DNA of 64,000 nucleotides from Eledone cirrhosa (Eukaryota). The translations under genes and the position numbers were made by a program. Position 1 is the first letter of the stretch; each line of letters starts with the position of its first letter. The notes below the pieces were generated by a model. It had not been told where the DNA came from. It saw nothing but the letters and a program-made list of their open reading frames with translations, and did not search any database. This document shows positions 53,305 through 64,000 of this stretch, piece after piece. Location: positions 336,722,001 to 336,786,000 of the forward strand of contig OZ024743.1 in the NCBI GenBank assembly GCA_964016885.1. Reading direction: 5' to 3'.

Positions 53305-56300
53305 TTACAGATATATACTCAGAGTCGGCCCATTCACTCGGGCCATTCTTGCTTCTCTCACCCATCTTTCAACAAAATGCTGGGAAGAGAGCACTTCCTT
53401 CTCTACTCTGATTTTCCTTTTCAAATGAAATTTGAAAAAGTCAATCAGAGCATCACCGAAGAGGTAAGTGCTCGTCTTCAGCCCTTTCAAACGTGTCCAC
53501 CATACTATCTCTTTCGCCATGGCCACCAGACAGATAAAAACTGCCTGCCCTTCCCGGCTAAAGGAGGAGGGCGGGGCAATCCTCACGATAGACTCAGATG
53601 ATAGCTGGATCCGTCCTAAACGCGACAGCAGGTGTTCGACATAAACCCACAAGTCAGCAATTTTCGGACACTGGACGAGTGCGTGCAGGACGGTTTCGTC
53701 GCCCTGCGCGCATCTCGGACATGCCCGGCTGACGGCACCTCCATGCCTGTAGAGTTTATCCCGAACTGGCAAGGCTCCTCGGTAGCACTGCCAGGCCAGA
53801 GATTTCTGGAAGTTGTCCATAGGCCCTGGCCCGAAAGTTCTTCCGAAGAGATTGGCTAGTTGATTTTCGTCGACGCCTAGAGTTTCCCCAAGTACGTCGT
53901 CGCTCTTCCCCTCCACTAATCCTCTATAGAACGCCGAGGTGGAGTTTCCACCGATCACATTGCCCGATTGGTCGAGGGCTGTGAGCGCCTGAAGACATTC
54001 CAGTCTCCAGGCGCTCCCTCTCGGTCTTCGCTTGACCCAGGACTGCAGCTCCGTCAAGGAAACGAGCTGGGGAAAAACGCGTCTAGCAAACGGCGACCAC
54101 ACCTGATCACCGTCGAGGAAGAGGTGGAGATGTCGTAGCCTGAGCGCGTGCCTGCGCATCATCAGCCACGGCATGCCCAGCCCTCCACGTAGCGGGTGTT
54201 GACAACAGATGGACCGCCTGACCATCGGAGCACGTCCCTTCCACAAAAAGCGAAAGAGCAAACGCTCCAGCGCAGTCAGGCGAGGCTTAGGACAAGGTAC
54301 GACGGTTAGGCGGTAGCAGATGACAGACGCGATGTACGCGTTAGCCACCTCCGCTCGACCTTTCAGGGATAGCTTCCTCTCCGCCCATTTCTGGGTGAGA
54401 GAAGCCACCCTGCTCGTCACCTCGTCCCAGTTTTTGTCCGTCTGGAGGTCCGGACCGAACCAGACCCCTAGCAATTTAACCGGTCCGTCCGTCCAGCGCC
54501 CGACGACGCTGTTGGACGGCATGGACCTGCCTCTCAAGGTGCCGAGCTGCAGGCCCACTGACTTTTCCTGGTTGATCATTGCTCCTGTCACCGCTTCGTA
54601 TTCTCTTAGTGTAGTGCCGATCGCCTCGATGTGTTTGGCGTTCGACACCACTACGGTGACATCGTCCGCATATGCTGACACGGATCTTCCGCATCCTAGT
54701 TCGCGCGGGACTCCCCTCAACGTCTCCAGTTTGTGCAGTAATGGCTCGAGAGTCAATACGTACAAGAGGGACGAGAGGGGACATCCTTGGCGGACCGAGC
54801 GCATGATGTTGAACGGTTCCGACAGGTGACCGTTCACTCTCACCACAGAGCAGATGTCGCTGTGCATGGCAGCGATCCAGCCTCTGAAGACGGGCCCAAA
54901 GCCAGCCGCCCTCAGGACTGCCGCTAGGTAACGATGGTCGACCCTATCGAAAGCTTTCGACTGATCTAAATTGATCAAGGACCCACCCGTGCCAGGTTCC
55001 CTAGCTACCCTCTCTACGATGTATCGCATGAGGTGGAGGTTGTTGTGGATGGATCTGTCGGGAATGGCGCATGTCTGCGCCTCTCCCACCAGACCACCAA
55101 CGACAAGCGCCAACCTCTTTGCTAGCACCTTGGCCAAAATCTTAAACTCTGTGTTTAGCAGAGTTATGGGCCGGAAATTGTCTATGTTATCCCCCTTGTT
55201 CGGATCCTTTCTCAGCAGTGCCACCGCTCCTCGGCTCACAGAACTGGGAATTCTCCCGTTCTGTTGCCAGTTGCAGTAGACGTCCGCCAAGAGGCCTCCG
55301 AACAAGTCTGGCATCTGTACGTAAAGTTCATAGGGCAGACCATCCAAACCAGGCGATTTACCCCTTGTGCAGCCAGTCATTGCCTCCCGTACTTCAGCGG
55401 CTGTTATCGGCTTTTCGCAACACCTCGCCTCAGTGGCCGAGAGCCGCGGCAGCCCGTCGAGGTAGACACTAAAGTCCATCCCTCTACCCGGCCCCCCGCT
55501 GCCCCCGAACAGCTGAGCGAAGTGTCGCTGAAAAGCTTCACACATTTGCCCGGGATCGAGTAGCATGCGCCCGTCGTGGTCCACCAAAGACCGGATCGTG
55601 GCTTTGTTGCCACGACGCGCCTCCGCCACTCGGGCCCATTGAACGGCTTTCGTCCCCTCGTGTCTGAGAGCACGCACCCTAGCTCTGACAACGCAGCCTT
55701 CGTGCTTTGCATTGAAGAATTGGTCAAGGGCCAATTTCGCCGCAAGCACGTCGGTCGCAATGCCTTTGCTAAGCGCCTCGTCTAATTTTCTAACTAGTTC
55801 TCCCTCTGCTCTATTTTTCTCTATTGCTAAAGCCTTACTAAACCTAATCGATTCTATTCTAATCGCTCTTTTCAGAGCAAACCACCACTTGTTGTTGACG
55901 ATGGCCCCCGTCAACGCCCGCTTAACTAGTTCGCTAATCCGGTCTCTGTAGGCCTTGCGCGCTGGTAAGGACGCGTTTAGCTTCCAGTAGCCGGGTCCTC
56001 GTCTATGAAGCCTATCTAAGTCAAGCACACAGGTCACGAATTTGTGGTCCGTGTAGCTGACTATCTTGAATTGTGGACAGCCTATGCTAGACCTATCTAT
56101 TTCCCTACAAAATACTCTATCTAGATATGATCTGGATGACCCTATGCGGTTTGTCCAAGTCCACATTGGCACATTCGGGAAATCCAATCGGTACCTGTCA
56201 GACAGTTCAAAACGCCTGAGCAGGTTGGTGAGGCTCTTGCACCCTCCACCCCTATCCGCTAATCCCACACAGTCCCAGCGTGCATCTAAGATCCCGTTCC

Positions 56301-56724
56301 AGTCGCCCACTAACACTAAAGAGCGGGACGTTCCAAGAAAGGTCTCCAGACGCCGGAAGAAATCAGGCCGCCCTGCTCCTGTCGGGGCATAGACGGCCAC
56401 TAGCCTGAAAGATTGCCCGTCTCCGCTGGTCACGTCCAGCACCACCAGCTTACCCTCTGGGTCCAGGAAGATGGCCCGTATGGCGAGATCCAAACCTCTC
56501 CGAAAAAGTACAGCAACTCCTCCACCGGATCCAGGACGGCTGGGAGATGCGTACACATCGTAGCCGCCGAAGATCGGTGCGAAGGCCCGTGCTTCGGAGA
56601 TTCTGGTCTCGCTGATGGCCACTACATCTATGTTTAGTGACCTGAGGTCGTTGAGCAGGTGACCCTGCTTCCATGACGACCCCAAGCCACGCGCATTTAT
56701 GCTGCCTATTCTGAGTGAGGTCAT
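53305..56724 (-). CDS. ORF2 copy 4 (intact)
   Basis: 1139 aa APE-RT. Confidence 0.97.
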   Translation of the reverse strand: MTSLRIGSINARGLGSSWKQGHLLNDLRSLNIDVVAISETRISEARAFAPIFGGYDVYASPSRPGSGGGVAVLFRRGLDLAIRAIFLDPEGKLVVLDVTSGDGQSFRLVAVYAPTGAGRPDFFRRLETFLGTSRSLVLVGDWNGILDARWDCVGLADRGGGCKSLTNLLRRFELSDRYRLDFPNVPMWTWTNRIGSSRSYLDRVFCREIDRSSIGCPQFKIVSYTDHKFVTCVLDLDRLHRRGPGYWKLNASLPARKAYRDRISELVKRALTGAIVNNKWWFALKRAIRIESIRFSKALAIEKNRAEGELVRKLDEALSKGIATDVLAAKLALDQFFNAKHEGCVVRARVRALRHEGTKAVQWARVAEARRGNKATIRSLVDHDGRMLLDPGQMCEAFQRHFAQLFGGSGGPGRGMDFSVYLDGLPRLSATEARCCEKPITAAEVREAMTGCTRGKSPGLDGLPYELYVQMPDLFGGLLADVYCNWQQNGRIPSSVSRGAVALLRKDPNKGDNIDNFRPITLLNTEFKILAKVLAKRLALVVGGLVGEAQTCAIPDRSIHNNLHLMRYIVERVAREPGTGGSLINLDQSKAFDRVDHRYLAAVLRAAGFGPVFRGWIAAMHSDICSVVRVNGHLSEPFNIMRSVRQGCPLSSLLYVLTLEPLLHKLETLRGVPRELGCGRSVSAYADDVTVVVSNAKHIEAIGTTLREYEAVTGAMINQEKSVGLQLGTLRGRSMPSNSVVGRWTDGPVKLLGVWFGPDLQTDKNWDEVTSRVASLTQKWAERKLSLKGRAEVANAYIASVICYRLTVVPCPKPRLTALERLLFRFLWKGRAPMVRRSICCQHPLRGGLGMPWLMMRRHALRLRHLHLFLDGDQVWSPFARRVFPQLVSLTELQSWVKRRPRGSAWRLECLQALTALDQSGNVIGGNSTSAFYRGLVEGKSDDVLGETLGVDENQLANLFGRTFGPGPMDNFQKSLAWQCYRGALPVRDKLYRHGGAVSRACPRCAQGDETVLHALVQCPKIADLWVYVEHLLSRLGRIQLSSESIVRIAPPSSFSREGQAVFICLVAMAKEIVWWTRLKGLKTSTYLFGDALIDFFKFHLKRKIRVEKEVLSSQHFVERWVREARMARVNGPTLSIYL

Positions 56725-56759
56725 GTTTAAAATAGAGTGGAAAAGATGGGAAAGACCAC

Positions 56760-58850
56760 TTACCGTATTTTTGGTAGAGGAGGGATGGTTTTTACATCCC
56801 TTTTCACTTGATCGTCTGGTGAAGGGACCGTTGAATCGTCCCTTCGGCTGGTCGTCGGCTCTTCTAAGAGAATGTCTGAATATACTCTTCGATTAATGGT
56901 TCCTCCTAGGTCCCTGAAATCACCAACTGCGTTGGGGAATTTCGTTTTAATGTTTGTGTATTGTTTCTGTGCTATTTTTAGCAGTCTTATGTTAGTTGGC
57001 GTTTTGATTGGTGCTGGTATTATGTAGTCCTGTTGTGAAATGTCTGTGTGTTCAATTATGTAAGTCATTAGTTTCTTGTTGTGTGTGTTTATTGCCGTGC
57101 ATTTGTTTTTCTGGGGGTGGGGTGTGGTTCTGCTATTTTCTTGTCGTTGTTGCTGGGTGTGTGTGTTTTGTTGTTGTGTTTGCGATGTTGGTGCTTGTGG
57201 TGTTGAAGGTGTTGTTGGCGGTGGGGTTGTCGCCGGTGGTGATGGTGGTGCTGGTGTGGGTGGTGATGGTGTTGGTGGTGTTGCTGCTGTGGGTCTCTTT
57301 GCAGTAGACTTTACCCTTTTCTCATTTCTTTCCTCCCTTTTCAAAGGCGACGATGCGCTGCTTCTGCGTTTGTGCCTTCTTGAGACCTTTTGCCATCCCT
57401 CTCCCACCTCACACTCCATGTCTGATTCTGTAAGGTCGGGGAGGGGTACCAGTTCCACTCTTTCACTTGTTGTTGTTGGTGATGTTTGCACTGGAGTCTC
57501 TGTTGCAGCTGCATTTGGTATTGCTGTTGTTGTTGTTAATATTTCCACTGCTGCTGCTGTCTTTGATTTCCGTGGAGTGGGTATGGGTGCCACGGACCTA
57601 TCGTTCCTGGTTGCCGCTTGTCCTGTTGCTGGTAGCCGTGGAACCGGATTCGGGAGGAGGGGGGTTTTCTCCTTTCTCAGGGTCTTCTCGTTGCAGAAGG
57701 CCCTGAGGTGAGTCTTCGATCCACAGCGAAAGCATTTCGGGCGTTTGCCCTCAACACTTATGGGCAGTTGAGTGCCGTTATCGAAGTCTATCACATCCGG
57801 GATAGCTTCGATGCACTCCTGGTTGGTTTGGATTAGCATCTCAATGGAGGAGCCGACCCAATCTTCTCTTACTTTTTTCTGTACTTGCAGTACAGTTGTT
57901 TTGTCCTCGATTCCGACGAGGACAGACGCGGCCAGCCAAGAAGGGGTCATTCCGGGGGGGACGTGGGTCAGTTTGACCCTCACAATTTTTTGCCCGCAGT
58001 AGGAGGGCACCAACACCATTTTCTCGCTCCTTAGGGTCACTACTGATTGGGCCTTTGCCTCCTGGGGTGTGGCAAAAAGTACGTCTACGGTGGCGTATTT
58101 TTTGCCTCGGGTGATGTGCGTTTTCCTCTGCCACACAGACCCCAAGGCTTTTTGTATTTGGGCCTCTGTGGCTCTTTCCACCCTACGGGATTTTGTACTT
58201 ACTGTACGGTACGTGACCGTACAGTGCTCTTGGGTTTCGAAAAAATTTTTCGCTGCCTTGCAGATTGCTCGGTGTCCGTTCTTTGTCACCATCTTCTTCG
58301 CTTCCTCTAATTCCTCATTTGTTATGAGGATTGTTTCCAGGTTTTTCGCAATACCTGCAAATGAGATTGGTTTTTCTCTGCTGTTGTTGTTGTCGTCAGA
58401 GCTGCTGGTACTTTTGTTGTTGCTGCAGGTACTACGACTACTGCCTCCGCCGCTGTTGCTGTGGTTGTTGTTGGTGTTGCTGCTGCTAATGCTGTTGTTG
58501 TTTATGCTGCTGGTGATGCTGTTGCGGCTGCTACTGTTGTTTTCATTGTCACTGTTGCTGTTGTTATTACGGCTGCTACTGCTATTATTCCTGACGTCAG
58601 ACGAATGAACTGGGTTTTCGTATTTCCCGCACACCTGTTTCGTCGCTGTCGTCGTCGTCGTGGAGAAACCTTGCACGCTTTGCACGAGACTTTTCTTTTC
58701 TTTCGTCGCTTGCGAAAGAGAAGGGAGGGAGAGAGACACATTTAAAGAAGGGAGGGAGAGAGACAATCTTCTCTCTGCTGTAGTGATGATTGAGGAAGAA
58801 GAAGACGGAATGAGTGGGAGTGACGTATGAAATTTCTTTTTGGTAGCCAT
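56760..58850 (-). CDS. ORF1 copy 4 (2-codon deletion in Pro tract)
   Basis: TPSTPQAP versus TPSTPPPQAP. Confidence 0.88.
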   Translation of the reverse strand: MATKKKFHTSLPLIPSSSSSIITTAERRLSLSLPSLNVSLSLPSLSQATKEKKSLVQSVQGFSTTTTTATKQVCGKYENPVHSSDVRNNSSSSRNNNSNSDNENNSSSRNSITSSINNNSISSSNTNNNHSNSGGGSSRSTCSNNKSTSSSDDNNNSREKPISFAGIAKNLETILITNEELEEAKKMVTKNGHRAICKAAKNFFETQEHCTVTYRTVSTKSRRVERATEAQIQKALGSVWQRKTHITRGKKYATVDVLFATPQEAKAQSVVTLRSEKMVLVPSYCGQKIVRVKLTHVPPGMTPSWLAASVLVGIEDKTTVLQVQKKVREDWVGSSIEMLIQTNQECIEAIPDVIDFDNGTQLPISVEGKRPKCFRCGSKTHLRAFCNEKTLRKEKTPLLPNPVPRLPATGQAATRNDRSVAPIPTPRKSKTAAAVEILTTTTAIPNAAATETPVQTSPTTTSERVELVPLPDLTESDMECEVGEGWQKVSRRHKRRSSASSPLKREERNEKRVKSTAKRPTAATPPTPSPPTPAPPSPPATTPPPTTPSTPQAPTSQTQQQNTHTQQQRQENSRTTPHPQKNKCTAINTHNKKLMTYIIEHTDISQQDYIIPAPIKTPTNIRLLKIAQKQYTNIKTKFPNAVGDFRDLGGTINRRVYSDILLEEPTTSRRDDSTVPSPDDQVKRDVKTIPPLPKIR

Positions 58851-59086
58851 GTTTTTTTGTTTAAAATGAAATTTTGGGTACAAAACCCCAATAACTGGTT
58901 ATTTAACCCCGAAGGGCCAAATAACGGACAGAAAGACCCCTCTCACGAGGAGGAGGGTGTCTTTATCAACAATTTGGTTCAAGTTTTAAACAATTTACAA
59001 TTGTTTTAACGGTTAAAAATTACTATACCTTACAGAGCCGAGCCTCCGTCAACCATGGCATTCAATAATAATAATAATAATAATAA

Positions 59087-60113
59087 GAGGTCTTATCAGC
59101 ATAGAGGACTGTGTTCAGATGGAGAAAAACAACCTATACAAATACGTGACCTATAGTAAGGAGCCAATGCTCAAAACTGTACTGAAGGAGGGGACAGTAG
59201 GCCAGGGGATGTCCAAGGAGGAAATAACATCAAGGAGGAAGAGCAGCCTTAAGGGAAAATCCCTTCATAGTACCTTCTTTGAGAAAACTGAATTTAGAGA
59301 TCCACAGACATGGAACTGGTTGAGAAGAGGAGACCTCAAAAAGGCTACAGAAGGAATGATAATGGCTGCGCAGGAGCAGGCCCTCAAAACGAAGTGGTTG
59401 AAGCACCATATTTACAAGGAGGAGGCTATCCCACTGTGCAGGATCTGTGGAGAGAGAGAGGAGACTGTGGCTCACATTGTGTCCGAGTGTAAACACCTAG
59501 CCCAGACCCACTATAAGGGCTGGAGACACGATGTGATGGGCAGGGTGATCCACTGGCACCTGTGCAAAGTAAACAATTTACCACATTCTGAGAAATGGTA
59601 TGAGCATAGGCCGGAGGCGGTGATGGAGAACAATCAGGTGAAGGTGCTGTGGGATTTTAGGATACAGACGGACAAAAAACTGGAACACAATAGACCTGAC
59701 CTGGTGGTTGTGGACAAAGAAAAAAGATCGTGTCTGATTGTGGATGTGGCCTGCCCGTTCGACACGAGAGTGCAAGAGAAGGAGAGGGAGAAAATTAACC
59801 GATACCAGGACCTAAAGTGGGAGGTGAAAAGGATTTGGAACTGCCATGAAGTCAAAGTGATCCCGATTGTCATAGGCGCACTGGGGACTATCTCCAAAAG
59901 TTTCCAGGGATGGTTAAAGAAAATCGGCCCCTTCACGCTTTTTGGAACGCTTCAAAAGGCATGCTTGCTTGGAACAGCAAGAACCCTCCGATACGTCCTG
60001 AATATCTGAGGCTGCAGGTAGTGGCTTGATATTTATTCCAACGGACTTTCCAGTTAACCAACATCAATGACTGAGATTCAAGGAATAACAACAACAATAA
60101 TAATAATAATAAC
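59087..60113 (+). mobile_element. R4/Dong-like family A 3' fragment (CCHC + RLE) with (AAC/AAT)n tail
   Basis: ORF 59119..60009: 'CRICGEREETVAHIVSEC', 'RPDLVVVDK..IVDVACPFD..EKINRYQDL'. Confidence 0.93.
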
Positions 60114-61617
60114 AAGAGAACTTGATCAAGAAAAAACTTACAAATATCTAGGTGTTTGTGAAGGAGACGGAATCAAGCACTCGACAATGAGGGAAAGGAT
60201 AAGGAAGGAATGTTACCGCAGAGTAAGAGCAATCTTAAGAACGGATTTGAATTCAAGGAATAGGATCGATGCCATAAACACGCTTGCCGTACCAGTAGTA
60301 ACCTACAGTTACAATGTCATCAACTGGTCAAGCACAGAGATCCGTAGGCTCAATACAAAAATTCGAAAATTCTTAACCATGCACAGAATGCATCACCCTA
60401 AGGCAGATACAGATAGAATATATCTCCCTAGGAAAGAAGGAGGACGTGGGTTAATCCAGTTAGACATTGCGTTGAAAACTGCAACAATTGGATTATATAC
60501 ATATCTAAGGGAATCACATGATTGGATGATCAAACTCGTTTTGAAACACGAAAGCATCAAAAGATCATATTCCATTACAAAAGATGCACAAAGATACAGT
60601 AATGGACTACAAATTTCAGAAATCCCATTTACTGCTGAAATGGAAAACACAGAAAAGGCAAAGCAGGTAAAAGTAACTGCAAAGAAAGAACTGCTACAGA
60701 AACTGGCTAAGAAATGGCAAGAAAAGCCTCTGTATTTAAAATACCCAGAACGAGCTAACAATCCTGATGTTGACAAAACTTTAACCCATCAGTGGTTGGC
60801 ATCCTCTGGACTGAAATCGGAGACTGAAGGACTGCTTATATCAGCACAAGATCAGTGTCTGCCAACATAAAATTACCAAGCCAACATAATAAAAAATGGA
60901 TGCAGCCCATTATGCCGTGTATGTAAAAAACAACCAGAGACCATTGCCCATATAATTTCAATGTGCAGTCCTATAGCTCCAACCGAATACCTAAACAGGC
61001 ATGACAGAGCTGCACAATACATACATTGGATAATGTGTAAGCATTTTGACCTGCCCCATCAAAAGAATTGGTGGGAGAATCAACCACCTCCCATACTTGA
61101 AAAAGATCACATCTCAATCTTGTGGAACTTTAGCATCCAAACAGACAGAAAAATAGATGCAAATAGACCTGATATAATATTGAAGGACTTTAAAAAGAGG
61201 GTATGCCTGCTAATTGATATGTCCGTTCCAATAGACAAGAATGTATCTATAAAAACATTTGAAAAATTGAGCAAGTATAAGGACCTGGAGATAGAAATTG
61301 GAAAAATGTGGAAATTGAGAACTAAAACAATACCAATGGTTGTAGGCGCTCTGGGAATGATACCTAAGGGGTCTAATGATTACTTATCGCAAATCCCAGG
61401 AAACCCGCGTATAGGAGAAATACAAAAGATAGTTCTAATGGGAACTGCCCATATACTAAGGAAGATTCTGTCAATATAAGTACATCACTAAACACTAAAG
61501 ATGCATGTGTGAGTATGTATGTTCTTTCTTGAACATGGCGGACCTTGTTGTCTCTTGAGGTCACTGGTTGTGACTTGGTGATAACTCGTATTAACATAAA
61601 GCAAGATAAATGCAACT

Positions 61618-61658
<41 letters not shown>
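60114..61658 (+). mobile_element. R4/Dong-like family B, 3' part (thumb, CCHC, RLE, 3' UTR, (TAA)n tail)
   Basis: Continues 'RELDQEKTYKYLGV'; 'RPDIILKD..LIDMSVPID..EKLSKYKDL'; one in-frame stop at 60870. Confidence 0.93.
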
Positions 61659-62206
61659 TGATGGGAAGGGTGATCCACTGGCACCTATGCAAAGTAAACA
61701 ATTTACCACATTCTGAGAAGTGGTATGAGCATAAGCCAGAGTCGGTGATAGAAAACGATCAGGTGAAGGTGCTGTGGGATTTTAGGATACAGACGGACAA
61801 GAAACTGGAACACAATAGACCTGACCTGGTGGTTTTGGACAAAGAATAAAAGATCGTGCCTGATTGTGGATGTGGCCTGCCCATTCGACACGAGAGTGCA
61901 AGAGAAGGAAAGGGAGAAAATTAACCGATACCAGGACTTAAAGTGGGAGGTAAAAAAGATTTGGAACTGCCATGAAGTCAAAGTGGTCCCGATTGTCATA
62001 GGCGCACTAGGTACTATCTCAAGAAGTTTCCAGGGATGGTTAAAGAAAATTGGTCCTTTCACGCTTTTTGGAACGCTTCAAAAGACATGCTTGCTGGGAA
62101 CAGCAAGAACCCTCCGATACGTCCTGAATATCTGAGGCTGCAGGTAGTGGCTTGATATTCATTTCAACAAACTTTCCAGTTAACTAACATCAATGATTGA
62201 GACTCA

Positions 62207-62260
<54 letters not shown>
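61659..62260 (+). mobile_element. R4/Dong-like family A 3' fragment inserted in the family B tail, with its own (TAA)n tail
   Basis: 'GRVIHWHLCK..RPDLVV..DVACPFD..TLRYVLNI'. Confidence 0.93.
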
Positions 62261-62261
<1 letters not shown>

Positions 62262-64000
62262 TTTTCTTTATTAACCACAAGGGTTCACATAAAGTAGACA
62301 TTAAGGACAGTACAGGACAATACAGGACGGTACAAATGGGCATTTCTGCGTGTAAAAAAACAGAGGTTGAAATAAAATAACAAAGAAAAATTCCCCAATA
62401 GGGGGGAGACTTTCGAGGGACATTTGTGGAGAAAGCCCATTAAAAGAACACAGTAGCCCTGACCACCAGGGCAAGTGCCCTCTCCCAGTTTTCCACCTTT
62501 AATTTACAGACACATACTCAGAGAAGGCCCATTCATTCGGGCCATACTGGCTTCTCTCACCCATCTTTCAACAAAATGCTGGGAAGAGAGCACTTCCCTC
62601 TCTACCCTGATTTTCCTTTTCAAATGAAATTTGAAAAAGTTAATCAGGGCATCACCGAAGAGGTAAGTGCTCGTCTTCAGCCCTTTCAAACGTGTCCACC
62701 ATACTATCTCTTTCGCCATGGCCACCAGACAGATAAAAACTGCCTGCCCTTCCAGGATAAAGGAAGGGGGCGGGGCAATCCTAACGATGGACTCAGCTGA
62801 TAGCCGGATAGGTCCTACACGTGACAGCAGGTGTTCGACATAAACCCACAAGTCAGCAATGCTCGGACACTGGACGAGTGCGTGCAGGACGGTTGCGTCG
62901 CCCTGCGCGCATCTCGGATATGCCCGGCTGACGGCACCTCCATGCCTGTAGAGTTTATCCCGAACTGGCAAAGCTCCTCGGTAGCACTGCCAGGCCAGGG
63001 ATTTCTGGAAGTTGTCCATAGGCCCCGGCCCGAAAGTCCTTCCGAAGAGATTGGCCAGTTGATTTTCGTCGACGCCTAGAGTTTCTCCAAGTACGTCGTC
63101 GCTCTTCCCCTCCACTAATCCCCTATAGAACGCCAAGGTGGAGTTTCCACCGATCACATTGCCCGATTGGTCGAGGGCTGTGAGCGCCTGAAGACATTCC
63201 AGTCTCCAGGCGCTCCCTCTCGGTCTTCGCTTGACCCAGGACTGCAGCTCCGTCAAGGAAACGAGCTGGGGAAATACGCGCCTAGCAAACGGCGACCACA
63301 CCTGATCACCGTCGATGAAGAGGTAGAGATGTCGTAGCCTGAGCGCGTGCCTGCGCATCATCAGCCACGGCATGCCCAGCCCTCCACGTAGCGGGTGTTG
63401 ACAGTAGATGGACCGCCTGACCATCGGAGCGCGTCCCTTCCACAAGAAGCGAAAGAGCAAACGCTCCAGCGCAGTCAGGCGGGGCTTAGGACAAGGTACG
63501 ACGGTCAGGCGGTAGTAGATGACGGATGCGATGTACGCATTCGCCACCTCCGCTCGACCTTTCAGGGATAGCTTCCTCTCGGCCCATTTCTGGGTGAGAG
63601 AAGCCACCTGCTCGTCACCTCGTCCCAGTTTTTGTCCGTCTGGAGGTCTGGACCGAACCAGACCCCTAGCAATTTAACCGGTCCGTCCGTCCAGCGCCCG
63701 ACGACGCTGTTGGACGGCATGGACCTGCCTCTCCAGGTGCCGAGCTGCAGGCCCACTGACTTTTCCTGGTTGATCATTGCTCCTGTCACCGCTTCGTATT
63801 CTCTTAGTGTAGTGCCGATCGCCTCGATGTGTTTGGCGTTCGACACCACTACGGTGACATCGTCGGCATATGCTGACACGGATCTTCCGCATCCTAGTTC
63901 GCGCGGGACCCCCCTCAACGTCTCCAGTTTGTGCAGTAATGGCTCGAGAGTCAATACGTACAATAGGGACGAGAGGGGACATCCTTGGCGGACCGAGCGC
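62261..64000 (-). mobile_element. Tx1-like element copy 5 (diverged subfamily, frameshift at ~63606), runs off window end
   Basis: ORF2 C-terminal fragments 62504..63607 and 63562..63963. Confidence 0.93.

Larger units (their letters stand above)
53043..59063 (-). mobile_element. Full-length Tx1-like element, copy 4
   Basis: Same ends, intact ORFs. Confidence 0.95.

Noticed and set aside
35025-59009. Many plus-strand and alternate-frame ORFs repeated in each Tx1 copy
   Set aside because: Antisense or overlapping shadows of GC-rich ORF1/ORF2; recurrence only reflects element duplication
34826-59086. Repeat-spacer layout or (AAT)n tracts as CRISPR or LTRs
   Set aside because: Units are 6-kb non-LTR elements; no constant short repeats with unique spacers, no PBS or integrase

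Overview
AT-rich, repeat-saturated eukaryotic DNA with no recognisable host gene. The SINE and microsatellite style suggest a cephalopod, probably octopus (inference). The first 31 kb is a field of Penelope-like element (PLE) remnants (RT + C-terminal GIY-YIG) and non-coding PLE derivatives sitting in (TA)n tracts. It carries about 13 hammerhead-ribozyme (HHR)-like motifs, many long inverted repeats, a non-autonomous LTR element with a tRNA-Trp-like PBS, SINEs, and a 593-bp-period direct repeat holding two HHRs with the compensated U3-A8 core variant (retrozyme-like). The 31.9-64 kb half is a nested retrotransposon stack built on (TAA)n tracts. An R4/Dong-like RLE element is split by a 25.7-kb insert flanked by a 27-bp target-site duplication. 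That insert holds fragments of a second R4/Dong-like family and a head-to-tail array of four full-length, near-identical 6.0-kb Tx1-like (L1 group) elements separated only by (AAT)n. The Tx1 family lies tail-to-tail against the (TAA)n tail of the same Dong-like family at three separate places. All coordinates and pairings were read by eye; no searches or folding were run.
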